A stretch of 64,000 bases of DNA from Azolla caroliniana (taxonomy: Eukaryota; Plantae; Polypodiophyta): positions 6,324,001 through 6,388,000 of the forward strand of contig JBHGNT010000009.1 in assembly GCA_043228905.1 (NCBI GenBank), read 5' to 3'. The notes under the pieces were generated by a model. It made no database searches, was not told where the DNA came from, and saw only the letters and a list, made by a program, of their open reading frames with translations. The position numbers were made by a program, and so were the translations under genes. Of this stretch, positions 63,688 through 64,000 are shown one piece after another (the stretch's first letter is position 1; every line of letters starts with the position of its first letter).

Positions 63688-64000
63688 CACCTCTCTTAGT
63701 ACTAATACTTCTTTTAGTACTAATTCCTTCTCTGTCTTAGTACTGTTCATGACAATTTGAACCGATTTTGCCTCATTCTTCCTTCCGTATCTTCCTTTCC
63801 TCCTCTTCCTTTTATCTTCTTATTAATCCTCTTATCCTCCCTAGTAAAATGGAAATTGTTAGCGCTCAGGAATACCAATCTGTTTTCTCAGAGCTCTAGT
63901 GGTTAAAAGAGAAATTTATAGCACTAGAACAAGAAAATCATCGTTTGTTGGGGGATCTTCAACAAATAACGTTGGAAAAACAACAACAACATGGGGAGCT
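63348..64000 (+). mobile_element. 5' part of another Tcn1-like Gypsy (LTR 63348-63754, PBS, gag start 63849 with premature TAG at 63897)
   Basis: TGTCATGA...TCATGACA; PBS ATTTGAACCGATTT; MEIVSAQEY..EL*..KFIALEQEN.RLLGDLQQ is homologous to the intact gag. Confidence 0.92.
63352..63424 (-). promoter_or_regulatory. tRNA-like Pol III cassette at the U3 tip of the LTR
   Basis: A box TGGTGTAATGG 63417-63407 and B box GGTTCGAGTCT 63373-63363; box starts 44 nt apart, equal to tRNA positions 8 and 52. Confidence 0.65.

Overview
Eukaryotic, AT-rich plant DNA, most likely from a non-seed plant such as a moss (inferred from the Tcn1-type chromoviruses and the intron structure). The left part (2.5-13.7 kb, minus strand) holds one host gene, a 16-exon MUT9-like/PPK casein kinase 1 of 599 aa. 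Two of its introns are expanded by LINE, Copia and hAT-MITE insertions. From about 17 kb to the end the window is a deeply nested retrotransposon stack that can be largely resolved from target-site duplications (TSDs). Two elements look intact. One is a Tcn1-like Ty3/Gypsy chromovirus (47285-53215) with identical 547-bp LTRs, TSD GCGCA, a -1 frameshift signal and a self-priming PBS. The other is a two-ORF non-L1 LINE (about 58225-62758) whose ORF2 has no AUG and lies in frame behind a single UAG. The strongest candidate for an undescribed system is a tRNA-like RNA polymerase III cassette (A box plus B box at canonical tRNA spacing). It sits antisense at the U3 tip of three different Tcn1-type LTR families, with a weaker copy in a Copia LTR. 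The young intact element inserted immediately 5' of the A box of such a cassette in an older solo LTR. All calls were made by eye; no searches were run.
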